Part shown: in pieces, positions 49,049 to 62,023 of the stretch
Position numbering within the stretch: the stretch's first letter is position 1
Layout: each line of letters starts with the position of its first letter
Origin: Phoronis australis
Lineage: Eukaryota > Animalia > Phoronida
DNA length: 64,000 nt
Assembly: GCA_002633005.1 (NCBI GenBank)
Contig: NMRA01000793.1
Coordinates: 1-64,000, forward strand
Direction of reading: 5' to 3'
Notes under the pieces: generated by a model
The model's input: the letters and a program-made list of their open reading frames with translations, nothing else
Told to the model about the DNA's origin: nothing
Database searches by the model: none
Made by a program: the position numbers and the translations under genes

Positions 49049-51116
49049 GTAAGTGACTTTAATTTTTGTTTACATGTGCACATTTTCTGGGACGTATCAG
49101 GACACGCTAACATTTCAACTCTAAGGAGGCCTTCATACCAGGTGACGTATGTACATACGTATACTTCTTTAGTACGGAGTATCGGATGTTCACGCCGCCC
49201 GTGCGTTGTGCCTAATCTGTTCTAAGTGGCAATGTGACAAAAAGTGTAAAGGGTACACGAGATAAACGCCAAACACACACACACACACACACACAAAACG
49301 TAACGAGGGTGGCGTAGATGAAGTAATATCCCACGAAACATTATTCCGCGAATCAGTGGAGACCGAAGGTTGAGGTCAATACCTGGAATAATGTCGAGTA
49401 TTTATCCCATACTTTTCGAATTCTCAAGTTTCTTTCATTTTCTCGGCAGATTTTCTACATATTTCACCCAGACTGTTCACGAGGCGGATCTCATCCTATA
49501 TGTATGTACTTGCGCGTTCGGTTACAAGTTTTCTCTAGTAAAAGGAATGTAACGGTATATTACTTGATAAGAGATAACAAAGATGAAAACAACGGTAATT
49601 GAGCATTGAACTTGTAGCATTTTTTGAAAATAGTTAAATAACAACAATATTTGATATTGTAGTTGCTGAGGAATCGGCGCCTGAGTTGCAGACGGTATAA
49701 TATTTAGCATTGAAAACTGAGTCAGAAGTGTCACATAATTAACAATTCGAGATGTTACGTTTGGGACCTGATTGCATGTTGAGTGTTATTTATACTGTTG
49801 CAAGTGTATTACTTTAAACTATTTTGGAAAGTTTGGTGATCGAACCGTCCAACCACGTGGGGTCGACATTCACCTACCTTTTGAACTTTCCATATCAGAA
49901 AGCACAGGTCATTTTTCAGAAGTAAAACTGCTCCCAAAAGCATACGTTTGAATGTTTAGTTTGGGGAATGTACCTTCATGTTATTTTTCGTGATTTGACG
50001 TTAATTTGTTTCAACATGTGTGATAATTGACCACTTGTGTTCTTATTTTTTCCAAAATAATCATCATTATGATTTCTCCTCCGTAACATGTGCCCATGGA
50101 ATTCGCCTCGGTGGGTACCATAGATACGTCGCGTGATCTGTTCTTAGCATTTTACCACCTACTTGACGTGCGAGCGAGTTCATTAGTCGCATGATTTATG
50201 TCAAAACATAAGATCATGAAAATTCGTTTACATCAATTGTGCACTCTATAATACTGATCCTTTATGAAAATCTCACCCGAGTGTACCCGAGCATTCACCC
50301 TGGAAGGCAAACTTTTTAACTTTCAACTGAAAAGCAGGTTGTCTCTAAGGGTGTGCGATGTGTGCAAATCAAATCTGTTATGGTTATTTCGGTATACTTG
50401 GCCTAAAAGATATATCATTTAAGCATTGAAATGTGTAACTCAATTAATAGGAATTCATTATTTAGTTGATTATAAGTAGGCCCCCTATTGTAGAAAAACA
50501 GCAATTAATTAGGAGATCAATACAGTCATCACGTGGAACCAGCCAATCATTTTAGATCACCAGGGAAACCCAGGATACAACTAAAATCATCAATATTTGA
50601 TTGGAAACAATTACTTGAAAAGCATTTGAAAGTGAATTGGGTATGATATTGTAATACGTGTTTCCGTAGGGTGCATTGTTTTCTGCTCAGTGTCGAGTTG
50701 TTGAGTGAGTGATCAGGTGCGATATATGTTCAAAATTTGCGCAGGGCTGACTTCTCTAACAGCATTGGTTCCCTGTATTCAACTCTAAATTTAATTGCTG
50801 CTAACCCTGGTTTTGGAATGGGCAGAACTTCTACAGTATTGTTTAGGTTAAGTTTCGAAGGGTAAAACGGGTAAATTCTCCCTTTAGATATTGCACGTGT
50901 AATATCATTGACATTTTGACATTTTGCAATTCGAATCTTGTGGAATATCTGCACTTAATTGAAGGAGACCGGTGATCGTGGAAGATTAGAATTAGCAGAT
51001 GAAACCAAATGAAACAGTTTAGCATTTCCTACCAACAGATTGCGAGGAAAATGTATAACCCCCAATACATGTGTTCACAGTTGAAGTTCCGTTTCAGCCT
51101 AGCTGTGTATATTGTC

Positions 51117-51273
51117 ATGGCGGCCAGGGCAAAGTCCAAGGAGACGTATGCCTATCTAAAGGGAAGTGATTATCAAGACGTCTCCAATGAAAACCTCACT
51201 TTCAAAGCTCTGTGGAGAGGGTTCCAAGAGAACACGTCGGGTCACGGTTTCAACAGGATCTACCTTACGTCAG
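51117..51273 (+). CDS. paralog 2 coding exon 1 (MAARAKSKETY..FQENTSGHGFNRIYLTS)
   Basis: Within ORF 51009-51293; canonical T-S-x-H-G motif; donor GT at 51274. Confidence 0.88.
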
Positions 51274-54200
51274 GTGTAGAACTCTTTTGGTAAATTATTC
51301 AAAACACGTTGGAAGTGGTTGTTTTCTCAGGAGTCGTACAGTATTCCGATATTTAATAAAATCATTATATTTGTATATTTACTATAGTCATTGAGTCGTG
51401 TAAAGGAACAGTAAGACAACCCTGTCCCGAATGCTCACCCAAAAATCTAGATTTTAATTTGAATGTTGTGTCATCTATAAAGTAATACATTTCATGTCTG
51501 TAGGTTCTATAAAGAAGTTGGTATGGATCCTGGTATGTATTGGTGGCTTTATCGCATGGGGTATTCATACTACCACACTGCTGGTCCGCTTCTTCCACTA
51601 TCCCATCGCAGTCACGGTGCAAATTCATACAGCCTCCAATCTAAGTTTCCCGGCTGTAACAGTGTGCAACCTGAACTCCATGCGAAAGTCTCAGATTGAC
51701 AAACTTGCAAACTTGACGGATCTTTATGCAAAGGCAAATCAGAATGCAAAAGACGGAGGTACGTGTTTAAAGCCCACTTTTACACCTTATCTATATATAA
51801 TTAAAGGAGAGAGCAACCTTTTTTGATGTAATTTTTAGTCAAAATACTGTTCATTTGTTGATTTTCCCAGACATATTAGACATATTAGACATATTTTTAA
51901 TAAATTAGAGCTTCCCTGTAATGTAAGTATTTAATCCTGTCCTATTTTGGACGTGACGTTTAGGGGACTTAGAATTTCCCCCCATTTTGTTTTCATATAG
52001 TTTGGCTGTATGAGCTGTCGAGTCAGTCATTGTTTTACCTCGGTTGTGATAAGTTCGGTCGTTGCTTACGTTTGTTTATGAGTCAGTCAACAAGCCGACC
52101 CGCTGCTGCGTACCAGGATGTAGTCGCTGTCGCCTCACGTGCACTTTGAGTATGACACACCTCGCCGTACTTGGCTTGTTGGTGTGAACAATGAGCTAGA
52201 CATAGAACGCATTGTTACCCGTCCACGCAACGTACAAAGCAATGGATAATTACGGAGTGTGCGGTAAGCATTTTCTGCTGTCGGATTGACAACACCTGAT
52301 GAAGGGCGCCGTACCGTCGCTGTGATTCCTGGCAATGCCCTGTCGCCATCTCTGAGAACTGCATTTTTTAAGCAATGGCTTGCGAGCTGTGGCCTCTACA
52401 GGGGCTCGAGACCCTTCAGCTACTGTCACCTGTGCCTCCGAATGTACCCCAGAGCTAGGCAATGACCATCGCCTCTGTTGGCCCGAACTAGAGGCGATAC
52501 AGCTCCTATAGGCGCTCCTTACGCCAGAGGCTTTTCGGCGAATTATGCCTCGCACTGGCTCAAGCATGAAAGTCACGTTGTTATAAATGCCTTTTGCGTA
52601 TAGAGGGACACCTTAGGAGGTTGACGGTGTGTTTAATTCCTTCCAACTCGATCAAATACTTCCGTTATTGAACTTTTTCTTCGAGCAATCACTCGTTCAG
52701 TTCCCAAAATCGTGAACTCACCATTTTTATACTGCGCACGCTTCAATTTTTACCGCTCTCGCTAGTTGAAGTGACTTCATGACCTCAATCTTTAAATAGG
52801 CCAAAGGTGAGCCATTGCGGTCGTGTCAGTCAAATATTCGTTTCCAAAATGCCACCACTTATACTTGTCTTTAATTGGCGTTACTTGAAACTAATTGTAT
52901 TTCAATGAATTATTGTTTGTATTTGATAAAAATAAATGCTGTTGATATGACATTTTATAGTCTTTGTGCACATATTTGACATTTTAATGTTTAACAACAC
53001 GTCAAATGCACGGCTGGTTCCCGGCAGCACGTACGCAAAGGGCGGGAACTTCAGCTTTCAAAGTTCGCTAGTAGGACCGCCACTTCTGACCTTCGGCCTG
53101 GTTAAAAGAATCTCTTGGCGTGCGCCGAGTGAAAATGTTGAGTTCACGATTTCGGGAACTGAAATAGGGAGTGCTCGAAGAAAATGTTTGATAATGGGAG
53201 TATTTGTTCGAGTTAGAAGGAAATAAACGCATCGACAACCTTCTAAGGTGTTCCTCTATGCGCAAAAGGTATTTATAACAACGTGACTTTGACGGTTTAG
53301 TCGGTGGGGGGAAAATTCACCGAAAAGCTTCCGGCGTATGGAGCGCCTATAGGAGCTGCATCGCCTCTGGTTCGGGCTAACAAAGGCGATGGTCATTGCC
53401 TACCCCAGAGCTTGCATTTCCGGAAACTATCAGTGATTCGCCCTCTACTGGTGTTGTCTCCAGCCCAGAGCCCGAGTGTCCCCCAACGCACTCCCTTTGG
53501 GTGGTGTCCTGAGCACCAGAACAACTCACTTCCAGCCGCGTGACTTCATAGGGTCCACACTCCTGGAAAATTCTAAATAGCTCCAAAAGTGAATTTAGTC
53601 TTCAAAAAAACTTATCAAAGTTTGGCGCACCGGCCTGTTCACTGTACGACGAACTGTTTTCCTCACTGGGTAACGAACTGGACCTGTATTCACTCCCACT
53701 ACTCAAAATCTTTGCAGGGCTGCTTACAAAGTGCGCGATACACAGCAACCGTGCCAGATGTTCACTGACTCGTAAACAAACGCAAGTGATGACCGAACTT
53801 ATCACGACCGAGGTAAAACAATGACCGAATCGACAGCTTACACTGTCAGACTATATGGAAGCAAAATGGCGGACATTTTTAAACGCCATAAACGCCACTT
53901 CCGGAATTGGGCAGGTCTAATTAATTTATGAGTGGGATACTCAAGGAACCGTATTTTTTATTAAAACGATATGAAAATTAGTTGCGTTCTCCTTTAAAGT
54001 GTTTTATTTTTAAGCTTCCCAGCTAGTGCAATAAGGTTCTAAGACTTCGTGCGCACGTTAGCCTTGTAGCTGCAAATGAAACGTTTGGTGTTGTATTACT
54101 CGTTGGTGGTGAACAATGTGGCCTTAACGAGACATACGGGGAAAAATGTGCTTGGGCATTGGTTTTAGCTGTGCTTGACGTTTTATATTTATACACTTAG

Positions 54201-57200
54201 ATCAATGTGATAGAGCAACACCAAAGCATGTGCACATGCTTCGTAGTCGCCGATTGTGTATTTAGTAATGGGCGATTTTCAAATCACTTTGTCACATTAT
54301 GTGTGGGCCATTAAGCACGTGGCACCCTTACCCTACGAACACCTAGTGCTACTGCACTGGCGTTTGCTCCGCAGACTCGAGAATCTCGCCAACGGGCCAG
54401 ATCATACAAGAAAACGCAAAATTAGTTAAAGCAAAAGAATAAAACAATTCGGTAAGTTTTTTTTGGTGGAGACTGAAAACGTGACATTCTTCCAGATAAA
54501 AGAAAAGTCCATGCTGTCTACGTTGCTCGTTTGAGAGGATCAATAGCGGGAATCGAGGAAGAAGAGAAACGCAAAGCAGGACACCAATTCGGAGACTTCG
54601 TCATTCACTGTAAATGGAAAGAATACGATTGTCTTCACAGGTAGCTAGCACATCGTGGCCCTCCGCGTTATGTTTTATTGTGGCATAGTGGCCCAAAAGG
54701 AATCGCGTTGTCTATGTAGCTAAAGTACAGGTAAGGGCGTAGCAAAAACCATTGACCCATAGAAGTCCAGCGTTAAAAGACTTGAGGCAACGTGGGGTGA
54801 AAATGACAGTGACCGAGGGGAGGATGGGTGGCGGTGATTGGCGAAGATCGTGGCGACGGCGAGGGAAGAGGCTCAGACATCGTGTCGATGGGGGGGACAA
54901 ACGTTCTCTTCATAGGGGGGTATTTTCTCCAGTTTGGGTCGCGGACTAAGTGGATCATTTCGATAAATGTGGGGACAGGGAAGGTGACATTTTCGCGACG
55001 GGGAGGGTTGAAAACTGTGACGACCTAATGACCAAAAGATAATGTGATGATCCGAATGTCAGTCAAAGACCCCGGTGAATATATGTCGTTTACGAGTTCT
55101 CCGCTAGGTGAAAATGCTAAAAGTGCAGTAAAAGCTAAACAGTAAAACGACGAATGTTTGAATGACCAGTACCTTTGAAATGCTTGACTTCCCGTGAAGT
55201 TATATTAACTGTATCATTTCTGAAGATACATTTCTTCTTACAATTGTAATGGGTCTATTCGATGCGGTGTCGCTGCTGTACTAGTGGTGATTGAATTGCG
55301 CATGCGTCGCTGTCTGCATGTAAACAGCTGGTAAAATGACGGAATTCTTATCAAAATACGTCGTCGCGCTAAGCCTTATTACTGCTATTTTCCGGGGTGC
55401 AAGTTTTCGACAGGTGGCCACAAATTCCTAAAGTTAACACAGACGTGGAAAAATGCGGTCAAAAGGGTCATTCAAGTGACAAAAAAGTGTTTGGATGCCG
55501 AAGCCTCAACTATGCTATGTCCAATAAAATTCTCTAGATGAGTTAGTTTCCTTATTTTATAGCAGACCCCACCCCCAAGGACTACCAGATTATAGTTACC
55601 GAATTATTAATAACATGAATGAGCTATTCAGTAAATTCGTAACGTTGCATTGGGATAATATTGACACCTAGAATGAATTTTAGGTGTCATGAAAAATACA
55701 CATTCTTAAATCACTTTTTTCCTGTTTCGCATATTTTAATTCAGATCTTAAATAAGACTAGGTTACAACGATTATTAATTTCTACCTATAAACATGAAGA
55801 TGAAATGTCAAGTAAGGTCTGCTTTACAAAAGTATTTTTGTCTTAGGTTTTCTTTTATAATTTCCTAATAATTTTATTTCATGAAAAGCAGTCCTTCAGC
55901 AATAACCTGAGAGAACTGAAACTCTCAATTCAGAAAGTCAACCCTTGATATCCCTGATTATAGAGTCTGTTGCATTGGGAAATTTACAATTATTTTTAAA
56001 AAAATATTGTTATTCCTTTGTATGTATGTGGTTGTTCAGTTTGCCATTTTGTTTTTTAATACACTGATTATTGTTTATTCTCGAATCTTGTACAGTGTAC
56101 GTACAGTGTACAGTAGCAGATTCTTATCCAGCTAGCTACGATTGAAAACATACTTTGCTTGCATGTGGAACTTATAGACAAGTTAATACAAAACTTAAAA
56201 TTGTTCAAAGGCCCTCTTCAAAAAGCTCTAAAATAGTTTCACACATAAACAAATCAAATGCAATCAAAGAGAATACTTCGTTTTGATCACCGGACATTTC
56301 TATAGGTCAACAGAAAAAATCTCAATTCGCAAGCGTAATCGGTAATCACTTCAGCTTTATAAAGAAGCAGCGCACGTGCATTGTATTGGGCTTTAAAACT
56401 GAAGAAATATTGTGATTTGAATAATTACTGGCAAACTTGCTTGTTGATGAAAAATTTATTTAATCATCAAAGTGTCACATTTACTTGCTTTTTATTGACA
56501 ATAAGACAATCGATGGAGTCACTGAATGTCATTTCCGCATAATGCATACCAACTTGAAAAGTTTTTACCATTAGTATCAAGCCTTTCTTCTGGAAGGAAA
56601 GTTTAATGTCACTCAGTGAGAAAGGACAAGTATTTATGCCAGATGCTTTTGGATTTCATTTCACTGGGATCGAGCTTCAATGGCCTATAGAACCGCATGT
56701 AAAAAGCCCAGTTACGGAGATCCTTGAAGGTAAACACAAAATTATATCACTTGAATCGCTTTGTGCCCAAAATCTGACCCTGAACTAGAACAGAGTGTTG
56801 CTAGGTCTTCATTAGCTTAAGTCCTTCATGTTTCTTCCAAAAAAGGAAATAAGCCATTGTTGCCCACACATGACTCATTGCCTACGAAAGGTCATCCTTA
56901 CCAGCGAGGCTGGCTGGTGTAGCAGTCAGATGTAGTTCCTCTTCACACACAAACAATCCAATGGCTCATTTTCTTATGGTAACTAAGTACTGCGATTCAC
57001 ATTTCTCAGCCCGGGCCGCTGGCTTGTACATTGGACCATGCAGCACTGCTGGTGTGTAGACGACATGCTGCGGGAAGAGAAATGAGTAACAAAGAATAAT
57101 TAAGTACGTCAGGTTGGGTAAAAATTTTTCCCCTAGTTTTTCAAAACTATGATATGATAACTGCTTTACAATTTCAAACAAAATTAAATTATTACTATTT

Positions 57201-60200
57201 CCAGAAAGCAAGGGTGTATATGATAAAATAAGTATTGATTTGTATAGCATTGCGTCTTTATTTTTCATTCCTAGCCAAAACAAAATATTTGATACTTGAG
57301 TTATTTGAGACAACTTCAAACCTTTGTTACCCATTTTCAAGCTATTTGATTTTTGATTCTTTCAGTAATTTTAAACACAGATTCAATGGTGTGTGAATCA
57401 CACTGTCTTTTGGTCTAAGGCTGAGGGAATCGTTTCTAAGATTTCTTTAGTTTTCTTCCAATAGAAAATATGAAGACTTGGGTCATTTAAAATGATGGAT
57501 AATCTTTCTCTTGTTTAAGGTTAATTAAAAATCCTTTGGCACCATTGCTTGCATTTTGGGAGTAAGAATAATATTTTCAAATACGACGTCACTCGTATGT
57601 TCACAGCAAAAATGCAATTAATATGAATTTATAAACCACTTTCAACATTTCAAGGCATGAGTTAAGACTGCTCAGTCATTGAGAATTCTGAAAATGAAAA
57701 TGTAATATATTGTTATGGGCTTACAATGGATAGCAAGCTTCGTGAAACTTGAAAGAACTTCATTAAGGTTGAGAATTACCTAGTTATTACCTGTCATTTC
57801 CACACATTCAGTTGCACCAAATTTTACACCCCAACCCCCTATGCCTACCTCCCGCTGAGGACCTGGCAAAACAACTTACATGCTTTTCTTTAAAAATAGC
57901 TTCCCTTTTCAAAGGCTTTGTTCTTTGTCTCCGATATAGAAAAGTACGCCTTGACAATAGATCTGCACTGGATATGAAGATTTTACTGGTTATCTGTAGT
58001 CAACTGCTTAAAACCAATTTTTGTCCATTCAGTGACGGTTGCAGAAATGCTGCATATCTCCTCTGTACGGCACGATCCCTCAAACCTAAAAAACAAAGGT
58101 CACGTGAAAACAGACATGATATATTTCCATGTCAACGCGTAATAGATTTTCGGATGACAAAGGATTGGGAGTAAACAAGTAGTCTAATGGATATTTGTTA
58201 CGTACCCTTTGGGTTCGGATTTTAGTCTTACCTCACTAACCAATATCGAGTGGATAACATAAACATTCAGCATTGATTGATGTAACTGTATAAACCTGTT
58301 AGAAATGATCATTCCAAACATTAATAATGCTGCTGTGAGGTAGGAAAAGATCCCGAGGGCTACGTCAAGTATCGTAACACACATCACAACAAACAATAAT
58401 TTACCCGACTGGCAACTACCGCGAAGTCGGCATCGGCCAGTACCTCTGTTAACAGGCATCAGTATTGTAAACATGGGATAATCTTTAGTATAATCTCACC
58501 TTTCTATTAGACCATGCTTACTTCCTCTGGTAGAAGTACCCTCTTACTTCCTCTCGTAGAAATATCCTTTTCACGCAATCTCAGATTCAGTTGGCACGTC
58601 TGAAAGCCATTTCACCTTGAATAAAACGGCTCGCAAAATCGAGGCTGTTTAATCTATTACCACTAGTACACGCGCGCCCTCTAGTAATGTAAAAATTCTC
58701 GAATAGCCCCATTTGAACGTGTGCGGGTAAATACTAGATGTGCCATACGTGTGTGATGAGTATGACACTAAATCCTGAATTTCAAGGTACAGACGTCCAA
58801 TCCTGTTTGGAATTTAAGGTAAGAATGGTATGATTTAGGATTGGTTAAAACGTGTGTTTCCTAGATGAGAGTGAGTTTCCAAGTGTCAGCCAATCAAAAA
58901 GCAGACCAGATCGAGGTTTAGTGTTTTGGAAAATTAAAATTTCAACGATTGTTCAATTGTTAATGGCTTGTAGTGAAGTTAACGATGAATGGTCACGTTG
59001 CATGTATGAAATTTAACCGTCAATGCATACAGTGTACGTTTAAATGGTTTTACCCTCGAGAAAAAGAGTCCTAGTTCCTTGAAAAGCCGCGGGACATCAA
59101 TTGGTCAAGCTGGTGTTATTGAAGTAATAAACACGATAACGTAACTAAGTAACTGACAAACATGATATCGAGGGAGTTTGGGTGATGTCTTCACCAAATA
59201 GTTACATACGTCGTATTCTCTTTCAGGGACGACTTTGTTTCCTTCTTCGATCCCAGGTATGGCAATTGCTTCACGTACAACAGCGGTGCTCGTTACTTCC
59301 AGAAAACTAAGCACGGTGTTGTACATGGAACCGGTCCCGAACACGGTAATATTTGCTACAGCAGTTTTGAGAGAGGAAAATGCGGTAAATATACATCGGC
59401 AGTTCGATATTGAAGAAAATTTTGATTGCGCTAGCAGAATTTATTTTAAATGTGTGGAAATGGACTTTTGCCAAGCTTGAGGAGGCGAAAACTGGGATAT
59501 TACTGACCTCGACGACATATAGATGTTTCCGGGTAAAAATCTAAATCAGTTTTTGTGCATAACATAAAAATCGTTTTTTTTTTGCCAAACTCGGATCTAC
59601 CAATTTGAAGGTTAAACTTTCGTTTGAATGACGCAAAAAAGATTTGTCGTCTTTGTGAGAAACAGAACATATGTCACCCTTTTCAGCTTAGTGATTGACA
59701 GCGAACTGATCAAAGTTTTTAATTGCCGGTGGCATTGTCTGACCGACTGGTTTTCACACCCCCATACATGTAGATTAGATGCTATTGGTACGGCATATAG
59801 CTCTACTTGTATGACATTGCGATTTCAACAAGATTTGTTTTGTCTTTGAGGCCTAACGATGATCCTGAACCTGGAGCAAAACGAGTACCTGTCCTTGACA
59901 GAAGGCGCAGGAGTTCGCGTTGTTATCCACAATGACACTGTGATGCCTTTCCCATATGACGAAGGGATAAATCTGGAGCCGGGGAAGCTTCATATGATCG
60001 GCATGAGACAGGTAGACTAAGAGCTTTCGATAAGAATTAGGTACCGCGGTTGAGAACACGTCTTCCACGCACAAATACATCTTGTGAAATCATGCGAATT
60101 CACGCCCGCCTAAAAGGAAGGAAGTTCCAACATAAAACTGATTTTAACCGGTTTCGCTGCTGAAACAACACGAAAACGTGAATATTAACGATTATAATTA

Positions 60201-61967
60201 CAATTAAGCTTTGATTTGCTAGTGCGGTTTGTACTTCCCATTTGAACCGGTCGTGCACTTCCCGTTGAAAGCCCGTGGTTCTCATTTCCTGGCCAAGAAT
60301 GCCTGATATTCACGCGGGAACATACGATCTCTGGTTCTGCGAAGTACATGTATTAATTCAGTCCATGGGCCAAACTGTAGAGTTTTGTAGCACACTAGCC
60401 GACCATAGACTAAAGATTAACTCTTTCAATGTAGCTTGCCAGATGTTCACGGTGTTGTGGACAAGATCCTGTATTTGGGGCGTTGCGGCTAATCTGATGT
60501 GTTCTAGTAAAAGTTCATTGTTTGAGCAAGTGAATGCGCCAATGTTATTTTCGTTTCTCATTGATTCTTTTCATTTTTGCTCATTATGTGTAGGTTCAAA
60601 TTTGTCGGATAGGAGAGCCTCACGCTAAATGTGAGGACCCATCCGTGTCAAACAAATCTCGCAACCTGTACGAAGAAGATCATGGGGTGTACTATTCGCA
60701 GCAGGTAAGAGGATGCTGAATTTAAAGTTGCTATGAATCTACCTCTCACCAAGTCAACGGTCAAACGAAAATATACAGCATCTTAAAACTCCTATCGACA
60801 CGTTCCCTGGTGAGAAATGAAGTGGTCTAACGCGAAGAAATGTTTTCAAAAACGGCGGGTTTATATCAGTGTTATCAGTGAAGCTACAGTAGATGAATAC
60901 TGTCTAACCCGGGCTGACAAATACGGCGACTATTGCACCCAGGGACAAGTACCGTATGCATTGCCATAACGGGTCTCGTTTGTTTTCATTTGTTGTTTTA
61001 CAGATGAAATAAATAAATTTCAGTAATAAGGCAATGTAGGAATGATTGATAGTATGAGAATAATGTAAAATTGGGAACGTTGTCGTTGCTTTCTAGTTAT
61101 CTTCTCTTGTTAAGTCAAAAACACGTTTTCATAATAAAAATGAATCAAGTCTTAGAACTTAACTAGAAAAAGTGGTCATAGTGACAGTGGGAATCGAATT
61201 TATAGTCTGTCAAGTTTTAAGTAATGACAAAAATTTACGAAGGCATAGGGAGCAAGTTTAGTTTGTTTTTTAATCTCATCACATTCTAATAATATCATTG
61301 TGTTACCATAGGTGGCGGCTTTTTAGACAATGTACAACAAACCCGCAATGTTCTAGCACTGGTAGCATGAATTCATGACGTTTTTGACTCGTATAGCAAA
61401 TGTCGGAGATCAAATATACAGTGTAACGTTACGGCGACGATCATTGAGAAAAATATGATCCTGTCACGTGCCAATTAAAACAGAATCAATAGAGCTTCCT
61501 GACGTCTGATTTGGACATATTTTTGGTTATTTCAGGCTTGTAAAAAGTCATGCTTCCAACTAATTTTAAAAAAGCGTTGTGGTTGCTATTCAGAGAACTA
61601 TCCGCTTCAGTCAGAAGGAGCTTCGAACTTTTCTGGTGATAAACTTTGCATTGCCAATGAAGATGCAGGTAAGAGCACTAGCCTACAAAGAAGATAATTC
61701 TCCGCAGATATAGCTAAAATACTGTTACAAGAAGAAGAAGAAGAAGAAGAAGAAGAATAAGAAGAACATCTACTGCCACTGCTTCGGTTTCAGCATTGTT
61801 ACCGTATCGTCGCACCATTAGGTCTATGGGCGTCTGTGCGCAACAGCGCTTATATGCGAAACCTAGTCGCATGCACCAATACGCAGGTATAAAAGGACGC
61901 GAAGAAAGGCATTATTTTGAATATACTACTACCTTACAAGCCTACTGCTGCTACTACTGCTATTACA

Positions 61968-62023
<56 letters not shown>

